Origin: Amoebidium appalachense
Lineage: Eukaryota > Protista > Ichthyosporea
NCBI GenBank assembly: GCA_963693365.1
Contig: CAVNZM010000008.1
Span: forward strand, 7,140,830 to 7,204,829
Direction of reading: 5' to 3'
DNA: 64,000 nt
The position numbers and the translations under genes were made by a program. Below the pieces are notes generated by a model. It was given only the letters and a program-made list of their open reading frames with translations. It was not told the DNA's origin and did no database searches. Of this stretch, positions 1 to 39,375 are shown in pieces (within the stretch, counting starts at the first letter, position 1; each line of letters opens with the position of its first letter).

Positions 1-171
1 AAAGGCAAACATTCAAGTATGCAGCATCAGCCATGCGCACAGTATGCGTCATAAGCAGAGCCCATCCTCAGGGAGGGCCCAAGTCATCAATTGCGTCTGA
101 GTTTCGACCCCTTAGCCCGCGTATATACGACGCTCCAACTCAGACAGCAGCATCAACTGAACTTGGGTGGG
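1..171 (-). mobile_element. Dispersed G-tract-associated element, subfamily B (cut by window edge)
   Basis: Near-identical to 60530-60691 and similar to 57750-57925; abuts a G-tract. Confidence 0.85.
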
Positions 172-174
172 AGG

Positions 175-209
<35 letters not shown>

Positions 210-211
<2 letters not shown>

Positions 212-399
212 TGAATGCGTCAAAAAGTACGAAGTACACAAGAACAAACGGATAACACGATGCAGAATGCAAGCCATACATAAAGAGTATGCATAATAAG
301 CAGAGCCCATCCTCAGGGGGGGCCCACGTCATCCACAGTACCCGAGTTTCGACCTATTCCCCTCGTTAACGAAACCCAACTCAGATACTGTTTCACTTG
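210..399 (-). mobile_element. Dispersed element subfamily A, truncated copy, tandem with B copy
   Basis: G-tract then TTGAATGCGTC...GTACGAAGTAC...AGAGCCCATCCTCAG...GTTTCGACC...CTCAGATACTGT; matches the 3969 and 59580 copies. Confidence 0.9.
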
Positions 400-409
400 G
401 GGGACCCAC

Positions 410-17371
<16,962 letters not shown>

Positions 17372-17435
17372 CTGCAACTGTGTGTGTGCATGTGTGTGTG
17401 TGTGTACGTGTGTGTGTGTGTGTGTGTGTGTGTAC

Positions 17436-17472
<37 letters not shown>

Positions 17473-17691
17473 CGCGCATGCACTCGTGTGCGTGTATGTG
17501 TGTCTGTGTGTGTGTTTGTGTGTGAAAGGGGCCAGGGGGGGGGGGGGGGGGAGGGGGGGGGGGGGGGGGGGGGGGGGGAGGGGGGGGTTAGAATGGGTAA
17601 TGGAATATGAGGTACACGTTCATGACTCTCAACACAATGCAGACTTTCCACAAATGAATAAAAAAGGACAAATAGAGTTTGCACCAAAAGT

Positions 17692-17730
<39 letters not shown>

Positions 17731-17804
17731 GGATATGTGAGGGTGTGCGGGTAGGCGTGATAAATAACCGACCCCCCCCCCCCCCCCCGCTGCCGCCCCC
17801 TCTC

Positions 17805-17856
<52 letters not shown>

Positions 17857-20046
17857 AAACTGAAAAGGCCTTGACACCACCCAGAGCACATCCCCAGGGG
17901 GGATAATTTGCCTCCACAATGTAATGAGTTCTTACTCTGTAACCTCTCGCACACAGTTAGCAGCCTATCCTATGCTTCAACAGCAGTAGGGGAGTCAACC
18001 CGTCTTTAGCTATGAAGAGCAGAAAAAGTTGAAAGCAGCATATATACATATATATATTATAACTACATGCAAGCATATGCAAACAAAAAAGACCAAAGCA
18101 CACACACAGAGCATAAAACGGGCTTCTAAATAGCCTCAGCTGCATAGCCTAAATTGAGAGGAGCAGAGAGAGCGTGAAGGAATAGGAGAGGGAGGGCGAG
18201 CGGGGAGAGGGGGAGAATGAGGGAGGGAGAGGGGACGAGATAGACGGGGAGGGGAGGGGAAGGCAGAGTGAGGGGAGAGAGGGAGAAAAGGCGGGACGGG
18301 GAGAGGGAATGGGATGCCCGGGGAGGAGGGGGGAGGGGGGAGGGGACGCCCTGGAGGGGGGTGGGGGGGGGGGGGGGACGGCAGAGCAGCGGGGGGAAGG
18401 AGAGGGAGGAGGGGGAGGGGGAGAAAAGCATGTGTGAACACGCTTATTTGTCTGCGTGTGTGTGTGATAAGTTGGCCTGGCCTGGTTTGTCCGAGGAAGA
18501 TTTAACATATAAAACATAACAATCAAGATAACAGGTGAAGAAAGGGCCACCACACATAGCAGGAGGGAACGTAAAAAAAGACAACACCGAGCGGTATTGC
18601 AAGGACACGAATACTAACAGAGTGTGCAACACCAGCAGGGCAGTTCTCCAGATCTTCAAACGAAGTGCCCCATGGTAAAAGGGAAGAGGATAGAGTAAGG
18701 GGTAGAACGGAAAGCCAAGTTGAAAACAGATCAGCAGACGCAAGCAACATGCAGAGAGGAGAGGTAAATCACAGGCGGAGGGGGGAAGGGGGAGGGGGGA
18801 GGGGGGGGGGGGGGCTCATAGAAAGGGTCAAGCGAAGATCACGGGCGATGTGTGTTTGTGCGTGGGTGGTGTGTGCATGTAAAGTTATTGAACTGTTGGT
18901 TTGCTTGCTATAGATGCAAAAGGGTGCATGTCACATGCAAGCTAGCATTGTCCTTAACGTGTTCGAGCAACATAAACGACCAGAACGGTTCAGGTGTGTG
19001 TGAAGCACATAGGTGGGACAGCTTCAGGCAGGCATGCTCACTTCAACCCCTTCAAGTCCCCTCCTTACCCTCCTGGCCCGCTCACCTCTCCCCTCCCCCC
19101 TCCGACCCCACCCCACCCTCCAGCCCCCCGGCACACACACACACGCACAACCCCTGCCACCACCAGCAGTATCATGCACTCGAACATATCCATTTTACCA
19201 CAACACACCTACACATTAAATTCCTTAGCCCTTCCCCAACTCTAAATGCACGTGCTTGTGCTGTCTTGCAGCTAATATTATCGTGCATTATGCCTACCCT
19301 GCGGTCCATTCTGGGCGTCCTTTAGCGCCACGGGCGGGCAGCAGTCTTCCCTCGCAGCATGGTCCTATCGATGTGCCTGCTCTCTCCCTTCCGGTCGTCT
19401 CACTCTCCTGCTCCCCTACTCTAATCTCGTTTGTCTCTACCTCGCAAAGAAAAGAGGGGTCTGGACGCGTGTTGGCTTCAGCTAGAACATATACTTGTTC
19501 CACTGTTTCTATTCTGCTATTTTCTGTTCACACCTCGGCCCTATCAAGCGTGTATCATGCCCGGACATCAACTCTTGTCCATGGACAACATTCACCACGA
19601 TGAAAGATCTTTTTGTGCTGACCTCTCTATTATAACGGCGAATGGTAGACACCTTGAAGTCAAACACGAGTTCAGCTTGCTCTCGTTACTCCATGCGTTT
19701 ACCTACACTCATAAAGCCTAATAACATCACCCTCATCACTCTACTTTTCTACTATTGTATTCCCATAATAAAGTTGTGTGTACAAAAGTGCGTTCCTGTG
19801 TGGGCTTCAGACCAATCGGATGCTGCTGCAGCCGCACGTAACGTTCAGAAGATCCAAAAACGTATACTTCAATTGTTGTTTTTGTGATTGGCACCTTGCT
19901 TGCTTATAATACAAAATAACATAACTGACGTAACATGATTTTAGACTATAACTATAACTAGAGTGGGACAAAGGACAGAAGAATAAGCGTGGAGAGGTTG
20001 CAGTCACGCAGGAGTGGAAGCTTGCGCAGCACACACGCACACACAT

Positions 20047-20077
<31 letters not shown>

Positions 20078-20673
20078 CACACACACCATCACGTTCCAAC
20101 GTAGGTTCCACATGCACCGTTCATAAACGCCGAGCATACAAGGTTTTCTTATCCAGCCAAACCAGACTTGTAATTGAGAGCCTAGCCGTCTCTAAATATA
20201 CAAGAGCTCGCTTTGTGGTCCCCTCTATCAAGCACGATTTGCCTTCAACCGCGTTTACGCCACCTGGGAGGGCCGACCACGGCGACCAGACCACTAAAAC
20301 CACAGGGTGCGAGAAGGCAGGAGAAGCTTCTGTTATACCTACCTGTCATACGCGACGAGGTAGCCTGCCCCCCCTCCCCCCCCTTCCCCGCCCCCTGCCC
20401 GCTCACCTCCCTCCCCCCCCCCCCCCACCCACCCACCCACGCACACACACACACACACACCCCGCCCGCACCCCCCACCCCTCCCCTCCCCCCTCCCCGT
20501 TAGCCCAACTCCCCGGGCCTTCAAATCTCTTCCTCCCCCTTTGCTCGATCCCAAGCTCCTTTTTTCTAACCCGGGCTCTCTTCCTAAGTATTTTATCCCA
20601 TTTTCACCTCTTCCTACACCCTAAAACACACACACGTACCCAGAGCCCCCCCCCCCCCCCCCCCCCCCCCCCG

Positions 20674-20828
20674 GAGGTGAATAGGTCGAAACTCGGGTAC
20701 TGTGGATGACATGGGCCCCCCCTGAGGATGGGCTCTGCTTATTATGCATACTCTTTATGTATGGCTTGCATTCTGCATCGTGTTATCCGTTTGTTCTTGT
20801 GTACTTCGTACTTGTTGACGCATTCAAA
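20674..20828 (+). mobile_element. Subfamily A truncated copy, opposite orientation
   Basis: GAGGTGAATAGGTCGAAACTCGGGTACTGTGG...CTGAGGATGGGCTC...GTACTTCGTAC...CGCATTCAAA, flanked by C-tracts on both sides. Confidence 0.9.
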
Positions 20829-21106
20829 CCCCCCCAATTGCCCCTCGCTTACAATCCACCACCAGGATATGGGAAGAAAAGACATCCTGGAACATCACCG
20901 ACCTTCTAACCTTACCCTTTTGGTCCCTCCAGCTCCACCCCGACCCGCCTTACCTGCCCCTTCCTACCCCATTCGGGCCCCATTCGGGGGACCCCACCCA
21001 GGCTTTCTCTCACTTCCGTTCTTGTTCTCTCTCTCTCCCTCCCTCCCCCCCCCCCCCCCCCCCCCCCCCCCCCACAACTCCTGGATCACTCAATTCCTCT
21101 CCTCAC

Positions 21107-21202
<96 letters not shown>

Positions 21203-21599
21203 GGCACACGCACGCGCGCGCACACACGCACACATCCCCCCCCCCCCCCCCCCCCCTCCTTGAACCCTTTCCCTGGTACCCGTGCCTATAGGGTCTTATT
21301 AGGGCCTTCTAAATCAAGAATTCCAACTGGGGTTGGCAGCCACCACGAACAAAGAGCTGCTGACATAGTGAGAAGAAAGCAAGGTAGAGTTCAGGGGAAA
21401 CCGCCCCAGCTTCTATCTAATGCAAGCCAGCAGGGGAAGTTGGGTTGCTACCGACAGAATGTCCGATGATTTAGGAAACCGATGGAGGAGGATATTTTCC
21501 AGAAGACAGAGGGAAGGAGTGGTGGTGGGGTGGTGGGCCCAGGAGAGGAAGTTGGGGCAGATGTGCATGAATGGATGGACTAGGTGAAGGTGGGGAAGG

Positions 21600-22004
21600 T
21601 TGGGTGATGATGAATGTGGGGAGGATTTGGAGGGAAAGAGGGCAGGTGAGGGAAGAGTGCATGCATCGTTGGCAGAGCAGTCAGAACCCCATCCGCTTGC
21701 AGACTTCGAGCCAAATGAAGAGGAATTCTTGGCATGGGAAAACTTGTTTAAGACGGCTTTAGAAAATGAACGCTCGGCACTTGATTCGGACTCGGAAGGA
21801 GATGAGGCAGATGAGGGGTGGGTTCATGATTTGTTGTCTAAGCCCAGCCAGCTTGCAAACTTTGAACCGAATGAGGAGGAGTTTTTGGTATTGGTATGGG
21901 AGAGGATGTATGCTGCGGCGTTAGAGAGTGAACGCTCCCCATTTCAACAAAAGCAGAAAAGTTCAAACGGAGGGAGAGGAAAGGCTGGTAGGGGGAGGCA
22001 GTGA
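21600..22004 (+). other. Acidic ORF with internal duplication; possible small gene, pseudogene or TE remnant
   Basis: Non-repetitive purine-rich ORF with two copies of LA(D/N)FEPNEEEFL..WE....ALE.ERS. No ATG start; upstream frames are interrupted. Confidence 0.35.
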
Positions 22005-22483
22005 GATATGGAAACTTTGATATTGTATTTGAGATTGGTAATTGTATCTTGTATTTTAGGTACCCCTTTTTCGAATGTGATAGGAATTGCTGAGTTATGC
22101 AACGGTACGCTATATACACACGCACAAGTGGGTTGTGCAATGCTTAGAGAACGTCATTTTTACATGTAGTCTGAAACCAAGTGAGCCGTTGCGCAAAACC
22201 CAGGCCCAGGCGACCCCGGTTCCCTTTGCCCCCCCCACCCACCTCCCCCCCTCCCCCCCTCCCCCGCCCTTCTTCCCCCTAAAACACACAGACGCATGCA
22301 CATGTGCACACACACGCACACGCACACGCACACACACACACACACACACACCCCTAACACCACTCTCACTGCCAACCTTTACCGTCGACATCTACGAAAT
22401 GCCCCCCCTGCCCCTAGCCATACTCTTGGTGCCCCCCAGGCCCCCCCCCCTCCCCCCCTCACCACTCCCCTTCCCCCCCCCAT

Positions 22484-22604
<121 letters not shown>

Positions 22605-23706
22605 CTACCCCCTGCTTTACCCATCCATTCACTGCCAGTGGACCTGACTTGCACCAAATCAATCATATGTTTTGGCGCGCAAAATAAATAAATAAATAAA
22701 AATATAAAACAACTAAGAAAGCTACGGACGAATATGCATGCACCTGCACATGCATCTGTGAGTGGTCTCATGATTAGCATGCAAATGAATGGGTTGAATT
22801 GCACACAACTACTATGGTATGCATATGGGTGATGCCATGCCCACACCGTGTACTATCCAGCCGCATGTCATGTGTACATGTGTGCATAGACACAGCTCTC
22901 TGCTTGGTATATGTACCTATTAATTGCTTTGGGTTGGGGGGGGGGGAACAGTCTCGGTGGTGGTGTGCACCTGATGAGTTTGGGGGACCGGGTTGGGTGG
23001 GTGCACGTGTTTTTTTTTGTTTTTTTTTTTTTTTTGGGGGGGGGGGGGGGGAGGGGGTGGGGGGGGTTCTTATGCACCTTTTCCATTCCTGTGACAGCCG
23101 ATCCTGTGATATCCATGTGGGTTTTTCAGAAGTAGGTATGTACCAAATGAACAGGAAATTCAGGAAATTAGGAAAAATGATCGAGTACTTAATGTTACTA
23201 ATGGGGAGATATTTGAATAGGGTATGTTTCTCTTCAATGGAGTTGTGTTGAACACTCAAACTTCACCAATGTCGAAAGGACAAGCATACAGCATACAGGG
23301 ACAAATGTCTTAAGCTTCTCTTTCGATATTCTTTATTTGTCCGGTACATCAATGACGCCTTCTTACAAATGGGTCCCTTATTTACCGTTTACAACTGAGA
23401 CTCAAGCTTGGAGTGGGCATTTCACACTGCAAAACAACCGCAACAGGCAAGACAACAGCAATTCAATTGATTTAAAACTGCAATCACAAGCACAGAACCT
23501 TCGAAATTTACTAGAGGATATACATACTCCTATCATAACTTTTACTTCAAAGAGGAATCAGAACGGAATACAGGCATGTCTACAACACTTCTGCTGCTAG
23601 GCTGTGTTTTCACGGTCGTCAGTGTCAGTTGGGTGCATTGTGTCCGTGTGTGTGTACGTGTGTGTGTGTGTGTGTGCGCGCGCACACACACGAACGCGCG
23701 TACGTG

Positions 23707-23777
<71 letters not shown>

Positions 23778-24058
23778 CGTGCGTGTGTGTGTGCGTGCGT
23801 GTGTGTGTGTGTGGGTGTGTGTGTGTGTGTCACGGTGTGTGTGCGTGTGCGAGACTGCCTGTGAAGTGTGTGTGTGTGTGTGCGTGCGTGTGTGTGTCGG
23901 GCGTATGTGTGTGCTTGCGCACGTGTGTGTGTGTGTACGTGCTCGTGGCACTTGTGTGTGTCGGGGGTGCCCATCTTCGAATTCATGGGCGGTTGGTCAT
24001 GTAATTCTCCATCATGATGGGTGTGCATGCTAGCACACAAGGACGCCGTTTAAGGTTA

Positions 24059-31132
<7,074 letters not shown>

Positions 31133-32252
31133 GGTTGCTGTGGGAAGGTTCTTGGGTGGGACACAACAGAGCCTTCCATGACTGGACGTGGAAGACGTTG
31201 CGTCGGTTCACCTGAGTCCGAGTTACAAAGGTTTGTGCTCGTCTACACTCGTACCATCGTCCTGTCTGCTTGTCATCAGCTGAAAGAAACATGAGTTTCG
31301 CGAGCCGCTGAGATGGTGCGTGCAGCCTTGTTCAACCTAGAGTTCCTCCGTAAACCCTTTCAGTGAGGGAAAAAAAAAGGTCGTTTAGGCGGAGTCAGGC
31401 GGTTGCGTGGAGAATCACTGGAGATTCAATTTTTTCTGGTCACTATCGGTCATTTTTATTTGAATTTGACTATCTACTGAGTTTTTATTTCTACTGTTGA
31501 CCTTATTAGTGGCTGCAAGGTGCGCATGCAAAAGTCACGCCTTGGAAAAGTAGAAATAGATAATAGAGGGTGTCGGGAGAAACGCAAAATTCCCCTGCGT
31601 AATTTCCCGAGGAACAGGAATGCGGAATGATTGGCTTCTCGAATTCTGATAGGTGAGAGCGATAAAACCAAACATTCCTGACGCGTAGGGATTCTAGGGA
31701 ATCATCGAACATCATAATCCTGTAGAAGGATGACAAAACACTACACGTGGCAACGGACAACTGAGGCCGTCAAAGCCTCTTGCTTCCGAAAGGCATGGCG
31801 AAACAACAAAACACTTGTTGTAAGTTCTACTCCAAAATACCTGTTCTGTGTTCTTCTCCCCCGCGTCACAGCATTTGCGAATTCAATTATGGGCATGCAT
31901 CGGACTTCCACCACGGCCGCGGCATCCACTTGTGTCACACGCGTCACACACGCAAACACAGACGCACCCACATGTACATGCATATCTTCTGTTTAGCAAG
32001 CACAAACACATACCCACGACGTTCACAGATGGCACATACGCACAGACGGGCCGTGACACACATGCACACACACACGCGCACACACACGCACACCCCCCCC
32101 CACACAGTGCCACACACGAACTCACACACTGAAACGCGTGAAACACGCAAACACACACACGCACACACACACACGCGCCTGACGGTGCAGGTACCGTGAC
32201 AGGCAAATACACACACATGCAAACACACTCGTGCACACACCACGTGCACACA

Positions 32253-32317
<65 letters not shown>

Positions 32318-32339
32318 TGACACACAGGCACACTACTGT

Positions 32340-32377
<38 letters not shown>

Positions 32378-32388
32378 CACACTACTGT

Positions 32389-32434
<46 letters not shown>

Positions 32435-32842
32435 GCGCGCACATGCACACACACACACGTCATACCATCTCTCCACACGCACACACACAGTGGCATACAT
32501 TCGCATACCCCGCTGCTGGCGCATAAGGTGGGATACATGCACACGTAACGCACACACACACATACACTACGTGCCAGTGACGGGCGCCACGTGGGGTGTG
32601 AGGGGATGGTATACCACTCCATAATATTGTTAAGAACTGCATAATCTTAAAATGCATGGTGAGCTTGTGAAAAGGGTACTTCTGAATTACTCACGACATG
32701 CTTATCCTTCCAATAAGGTCCTTCATTCAATCATCCCCCATCCCCACCCCGGCCTCCCCCTTCTCTTCGCCGGAGCCTTTCCACCTCCTGCCCTTGTGCC
32801 CCCGCCCCCCTGACCCCCCTTTTCCTCCCCCCTCACCTCCCC

Positions 32843-32889
<47 letters not shown>

Positions 32890-33491
32890 AAACACACACA
32901 GGCCACACACTTTCACCTCCACCTCCAATCACACACACCCCACCACCCTTCGCCGACCTAATCACTAATACACACTCGTGGACACACCACTGCGGCGGCT
33001 TCAACATAGCACCCGTAACAGCCCAAATTTCTACTTTTTTATTCAAGTTGATGATGAGAGGTAGTTTGGGCACTACATCACGTATGCTGGTATTGTTTCC
33101 GATTAGCTATTATTACTGAGGTTGTCGAGAGCTCGAGGGCACATACAAGTCGGGTATATAGTCACGCAAGGCTCTTTTTGAAACATGTAATCCGATAAAA
33201 GCTACTTCAAACTTGGCAAATTTTTAGGACTCTCAAAGTATGGAACAAATAAGAATGTAGCAATGTGGAAGATTTGAGCCGACGTGGTGGGCAATGGAGA
33301 ATCTAGAAGATCAATCGTTGAAATGCAGTCTCCCCCTGATACTTGATATCGATGGTTCAGACAGCAGCCTGCTCGTGGGGTGATGCTCCTGGTTTAAGCT
33401 CAGCTGGCTGCGGCTATCTCCGTGGTCTGGACTTGGTTGCTGCCCCCCTCATCTGCATCTGCGTGTGCGGCATCAGCACGTCAGCTCAGAA

Positions 33492-34873
33492 CTAAGTTGC
33501 TGTAGCTTAACCAAGTCCATTACAGAATAAAGATTTTGGGTTCTATATGGCAATACTAAATGTGTAAGCGATCCAGACTGCTGTCCTGAAATCAGTGGTT
33601 TCGGCATTCCCCCCTGCCCTCCCCCGCCCCCCCCCCCCCCCCTCCCCCCCCCCCTCCCCCCCTTCCCGATTTCCCCCGCCCTTCTCCCAATCTACCCTAA
33701 AAACCCTTTGCACGCGTGCAGACAAACCAGGGGGGGGGGGTGGGGGGGGAGGGATAGGCTCTGAGAGAGGAAGATAGAGAGGGAAAGAGAGTTGGAGACA
33801 GAGGCTCTTGAGAGACGCGTGCTGGCACCAGACTCGGAGTATGGGGGTGGGTGAGGCGGGTTAGGAAGGGGAAGGAAAGGCGAGGGGGAGGATTTGCAGG
33901 GGGGGGAGGGGAGAGGAGGGAAGGGAAGGAGGCACGGGAATGGTGTTCTAATGAAGATACAAGCCTTTTAGGCCGAAGACGTTTGTCTCACCTTGCCCAC
34001 AGAGAATCATAGCACGAACGGAATCGGGCAGGCCGAGCCTCTCCACGTAGTCGGGCACATCCACATCCAGCTCGTCGAGGTTGAGAGACAGGAAGGAGCG
34101 CACGCACATCCACAGCAGGGTGGGTGGCTCCATTACCACCGTCACCACCTGCATTGGGTGCATGTGCGAACATATCCGCGTAATTTATGAACCAGCCAGG
34201 CACGAAGAAGCATACATATGTTATGAGGCCCAGGGCAACTTGAAGGGTTGCGGTTCAAGAATATCACAGCAACACAGTGTCACTGAATACCACAAATCTA
34301 ATGGGCGTAAGGAAACTGCATAATTACCTTGTTTGTTCTCCTGGCGCCATCACTTGTCTCTGTGGAGAGTGTGTTACAGCATTAGTTAAATCGGTAGTTT
34401 TGGTTATCACCGTTACTGTTCTTTCTTCCTGCCAAAAGGTTCCAGAGCATCACCTTGAAGTTGCTCCCCTCCCCCCCCCCCCCCCTCCCCCCCCCTCCCC
34501 CCCCCCCCCACACACAGCACACACACACACGTAATGTAGCAAAAGTGGCACACACACGCACAAACACACACACACACACACCGCGCGCGCGCACACACAC
34601 ACACACACATGTACATACACATATGCACACGTACGCACACATGCGGCTTGCACACACACACGCACCCACGCACCCACGCATCCGCGCACCCACGCATGTG
34701 CGCACACACACAAGCACACATGCGCGCACGTCGCACACAAGCACCCACGTGCACACACACACAACCGCCCACGCGTGCACACACGTAAGCATGCCCGTGA
34801 GCACACACACGTTGTCAAGTACCCACGTGCGCACCAAGCACGTGCGCACGCGCACACACGCACGTGCATGCGT

Positions 34874-34940
<67 letters not shown>

Positions 34941-35628
34941 GCCATCACCACTAACGCCATCGTGACCACCCCATATCCTCTTATATACCCCGTCTAAGTC
35001 CTCTCGTATTTCATACAAGGTGTGTGCGTCTCACTACGGCACGTACCATAGCCGCCGAAGATGTACATACGACCATCTGGTGCCATGGTGGCGCTGTGGA
35101 AGCACTTAGGCTGGAGGGGGATGCTGTAGGGGAGAAAGCACCATGCCGTGAGCAAATTTGTTTTCATGGGAATAACCTACGGAAAGCGCTGTTGGAAGGC
35201 CGTGGTTTGCACAAGGCATGCAATTCATATACTAAAAAGCGCAAAGACCGCATTTTATAACTCACTAGCAGTACAAGGATTAGCCACCGGGGGCAAACCT
35301 CCTTGGCTATGTGCACTATCAGTAATACCGTAGCACCCTAGCTGGAGTACTGTCGGTGCTGGGTGGAGATCGGTAGTTCCCCATGAGGGCCCCAAGGGGC
35401 AAAACGGGATAAAATTAAAAAAAAAAAAAAAAAAGTGTGTACTATTAGTTAGGATTGGTACGGTATGTTTGCAATTGGCTTGGGATACTATAATTAGATT
35501 GCACCAATAAAACCCTAACTTGGGTACAGTCGTTGCTTAGCCTAGTGGAAGACGTATGAGGGTCCCATACGGAGTTCTTCCGCGGACAAAGTGAAATTTC
35601 AGATAACCTAAAAAGAAAAGAAGAAAAG

Positions 35629-35660
<32 letters not shown>

Positions 35661-36015
35661 AAAAAAAGAACTAGCACAAAGGATCAACCTAAAGGTATAC
35701 GTAGGCTACGGGGGATATAGATAAGTATAGTGTTACTCTTATAGTATTACATATCGTGTAGTGGTATGTACATATAACAAGCGAAGAACGAGTGAAATAC
35801 CTGAGCTCGATCTGGGTCCACTTCATGCTGATAAGGTCCAAGAGCCACAGGTCGTTGAGCATGGGCTTACCCACACCTCCAGGTGTACCGCCACACATGA
35901 TGATGCTGAACAACGGTTTTTTCAAGTTGAAGCAGTAAGTAGTCACGAGGCAGGTAGACCGTGGGTCGGAGGTGTATGCATCCGGCACGGGGGAAGGGGC
36001 CCGGGGAGGGTGTGT

Positions 36016-36046
<31 letters not shown>

Positions 36047-36068
36047 GGGGAGGGGGAGGGGGTGAGAT

Positions 36069-36101
<33 letters not shown>

Positions 36102-39100
36102 CAGCAACAGTGATGGCGGCAGCCGCTTAGTGGTGTCAATGGACACCAATGAATGATGGTTGCCTTTTTATTAAAGTTGGCTGAAATTTAAAATGTGTAT
36201 TTTACTTGCGGGTGGTGAATATTGATCATGTGGTGTGACGGTTCTACACGGCTGGGTCTGCAGTCAGTAGCCACGGTGCATCACTCGAAGGCTAATATGC
36301 GCTGGCTAAGCGCAGTTCTCTTATTTGAGTGGTGCCGCTTGGTACGGAGTGATTGCCACCCTTACTTACAGTCTGGCGACATTGCCCGAGTTGATGACAC
36401 GTTACAGACACTGAACCCTGGGCTGCCTTTGTAAACGGTTATTTCGAAAGCATAATCTCATTGGTATTTTTGAAAGGAAGCTGCCACTTCCGAAGCCATC
36501 GATACCGATGGTAGTGGGGAAGTAAACTCATTGGTGATGCATATGAACATCCGTTTTCTGTTGCTGACGTTTGACAGTGTGGTGCAGTCTTGGTGGTGGT
36601 ACTGTTCATAGCGGGTTTTTCGGTTCTCATTTCTCGTTGGTGTGGTCCGATTCAGCACTTTGTTAAAAAGGTGGCCTCAGGTACCGTTGGGCCATGCTGA
36701 CCATGTGTGTCGGGCTGGTGGTACAGTAGTGGTATATTCATCCGTGGTCTTTTGGTTCCGGTTGCAGTGAATCGGATTAGGGCATGTAGTACATAGCCAC
36801 ACTCCGAACCGACTAATATATGGTGAAGCAGTCTATGCTATGCCCCCCCTCCCCCCCCCCCCCTCCCCCACCACCACCCATCCACCCCCACCCCACACAT
36901 GTATACACCCATCCTCCATCCAAGCACCCTTCCTTTCTCCTGCTCCCACCCCCCCCCCCCCCCCCCCCCCCTCTCCGGGCCTTCCTCGCCTCCAACCACA
37001 TCTGACCCACCACCACCTCCACCACCACAACAACCACTGAACTTACCTGTCTCGGTGAAGCACACATGTGTGAGATCTACGGTCGATGGGGGTGCTTTTC
37101 GACTTGGGAAACTGGATAGACCTCCAGCGCACAGTGTCAGTGTCAAATGCGTACACCTGTTGGCCATCCGAATCACAATCAGTTATGTCGACTCAGCCGA
37201 ACGTTTGTCACATGATATATAGGCTGCCACAGTGTTTGCATATCCGGGTATTACTAAAACAAGATTATCACGGTGGTGAGTAACTGTTACGAAGTTTGTA
37301 ATAAACAAACGGTTCAAGCTATCAGCCTTTAGATGACAAAAACAGCATCCTATCATGTTTCAGAAGCTCTATGGAAAAGAAAAGCAGCCATGGTGGGAAA
37401 ATGTTTACATCTTGAACTCCTTCTGTCGCTCCCCCCCCCCCTCCCCCCCCCCCCCTCCCCCCCCCTCCCTCCCCCTCCCCCTCTCCCCCATTTTATCCAC
37501 ACTGCGGCGCCTCAATATTAACCCCCCCAAAGAAGAAAAGAGAGTGAATGGCATCAACTTGTTGATATAGCCTAAGGGTAAGTAGTGTGATATATCGATG
37601 AACGAAAATGTTGTGTGGCCATCCAAGGATACATATTACCAGGATCATATTCAAAGCCTCAGAGCCCATCTTTATATGGGCTATCATTGTGTATACTTGA
37701 TTGGAGCTTACCTGGATGGGGCTATTGAAGAGGGTGTGTGGCTTTCCTCCACCAATGACGTACATGGTGCCCTGAATGGTGATGGGCATAAGTCATTCAT
37801 GTTCAACATGACACAAAGTTTTTCCAAACGTCATACAAAATGCGTGTAGCTGCATATCACCATTCCACAGAGCAGTCATCAAGTCTTCAACGACAATGCA
37901 GCTTGACTAAAATGCGACACACCGGCTGTTTACCTCATGGAAAACAGCAACATGGCGGTATCTGGGAGGCGGGCAATCTCTCACGTCTGGGATGCCCTCT
38001 CGGCGATTGGATTCCTCCGAGCTGGCCCGCCGGGCACCCTGCATCAACAAGGGTTCAACTTTTTTTAAAAAATAAGGCAAAGGGTTCGGGAGCAATGGTA
38101 AACAGTATATTGAACCTTGGTATCCGGGCATGGTAGTTGATCCAAGGTGCACATTGTAAAGCGTAACTTGAAAGCTGAGACACACTATATTGTCCAAAGC
38201 TGCCTTGTCGACAACGCGCTCGCAAAAAAAAGCTAGCCATGGTGATTAACAATGATATTATGGCAGGGTCACTCATCTTATCGATATAAAACGCAAGGGG
38301 CCCTAAGTACTGGTTGCAACACGTTAAAAGTGGCTCGTGGATTGATTGACATCATCGGATCACAAAGGGCCATCAGGTGGAAGGAATGTTGGGTTCACAC
38401 TGAGCCGATCTGGGGATGAACAATGCTCCATGTGAAGTTGTCCAGGTCGAACGAGTAGAGATCATTGTAGAACAGCTGACCAGACGTCCCTCCGAACATG
38501 TAGAGTTTGCTGCCACATCTTGCCAAGCTGTGCCCGTATCTTGGTGATGGGATGTCGCCGACAGCCGGGATCTGTGTGACACAAATCGGTTAGTCGCAAC
38601 TTGAATTGCCCTCATGGAGAATATCTCAACCTGGTATCCGGAACTTCTGAATGAATTGGTGTTATGTGCTAACTCGGAACATGCGCACCAGGCGAATACT
38701 CCAAGCAACAGTTAACGTTGATCAAGAGATATGGAGCATTCTGACCACCAACCTTTGCCTCCCCCCCCCCCCCCCCCCCCCTCCCCCTCCCCCGGGGAAC
38801 AAAAAGCCACATATGCCGGGCCGTTAACATTGACCATATCTCTCAGTGTCACCGGGTCTCTTTTTCTCTCTCAAACCTCTCACCCTCCCCCCCCCCCCCC
38901 CCCCCCCCCCCACACACACACACCCACCCACTGACCCATCCCTTATTTCTCCCTCACAGATCTCTCCCTCTCTTCAACCCTAGGTCTCTACCTCGATCCC
39001 CAACCCCACTTCTAGCCCCTCCCTCGCTCTCCCATCCCTCCTTCCCCCCGCCCTCATTTCTCCTTTCACCGATCTCTCCCTCTCTTGCTCTCTCTAGTCT

Positions 39101-39296
39101 CTACCTCGATCCCGTGACCCCTCTTCTTCCCTCCTCCCCCGGGCTCCCCCCCCCCCCCCCCCCCCGCCGGCGCGCCCTGTCTTCTCTCGGGACACACTTT
39201 CTCTCTCTTTCTCTCTTGCACATCTCTCTTCCCCTCCCCCTCGCTCTCTCCCCCCCCCCCTGCCCCCCTCCCCCTCCCCTCCCCCCCCCCCCCCCA

Positions 39297-39375
<79 letters not shown>

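Noticed and set aside
19298-19523. Candidate upstream exon of the cyclase gene
   Set aside because: It has AG/GT ends and an open frame, but its phase does not join the 17371 exon and no linking exon or homology was found.
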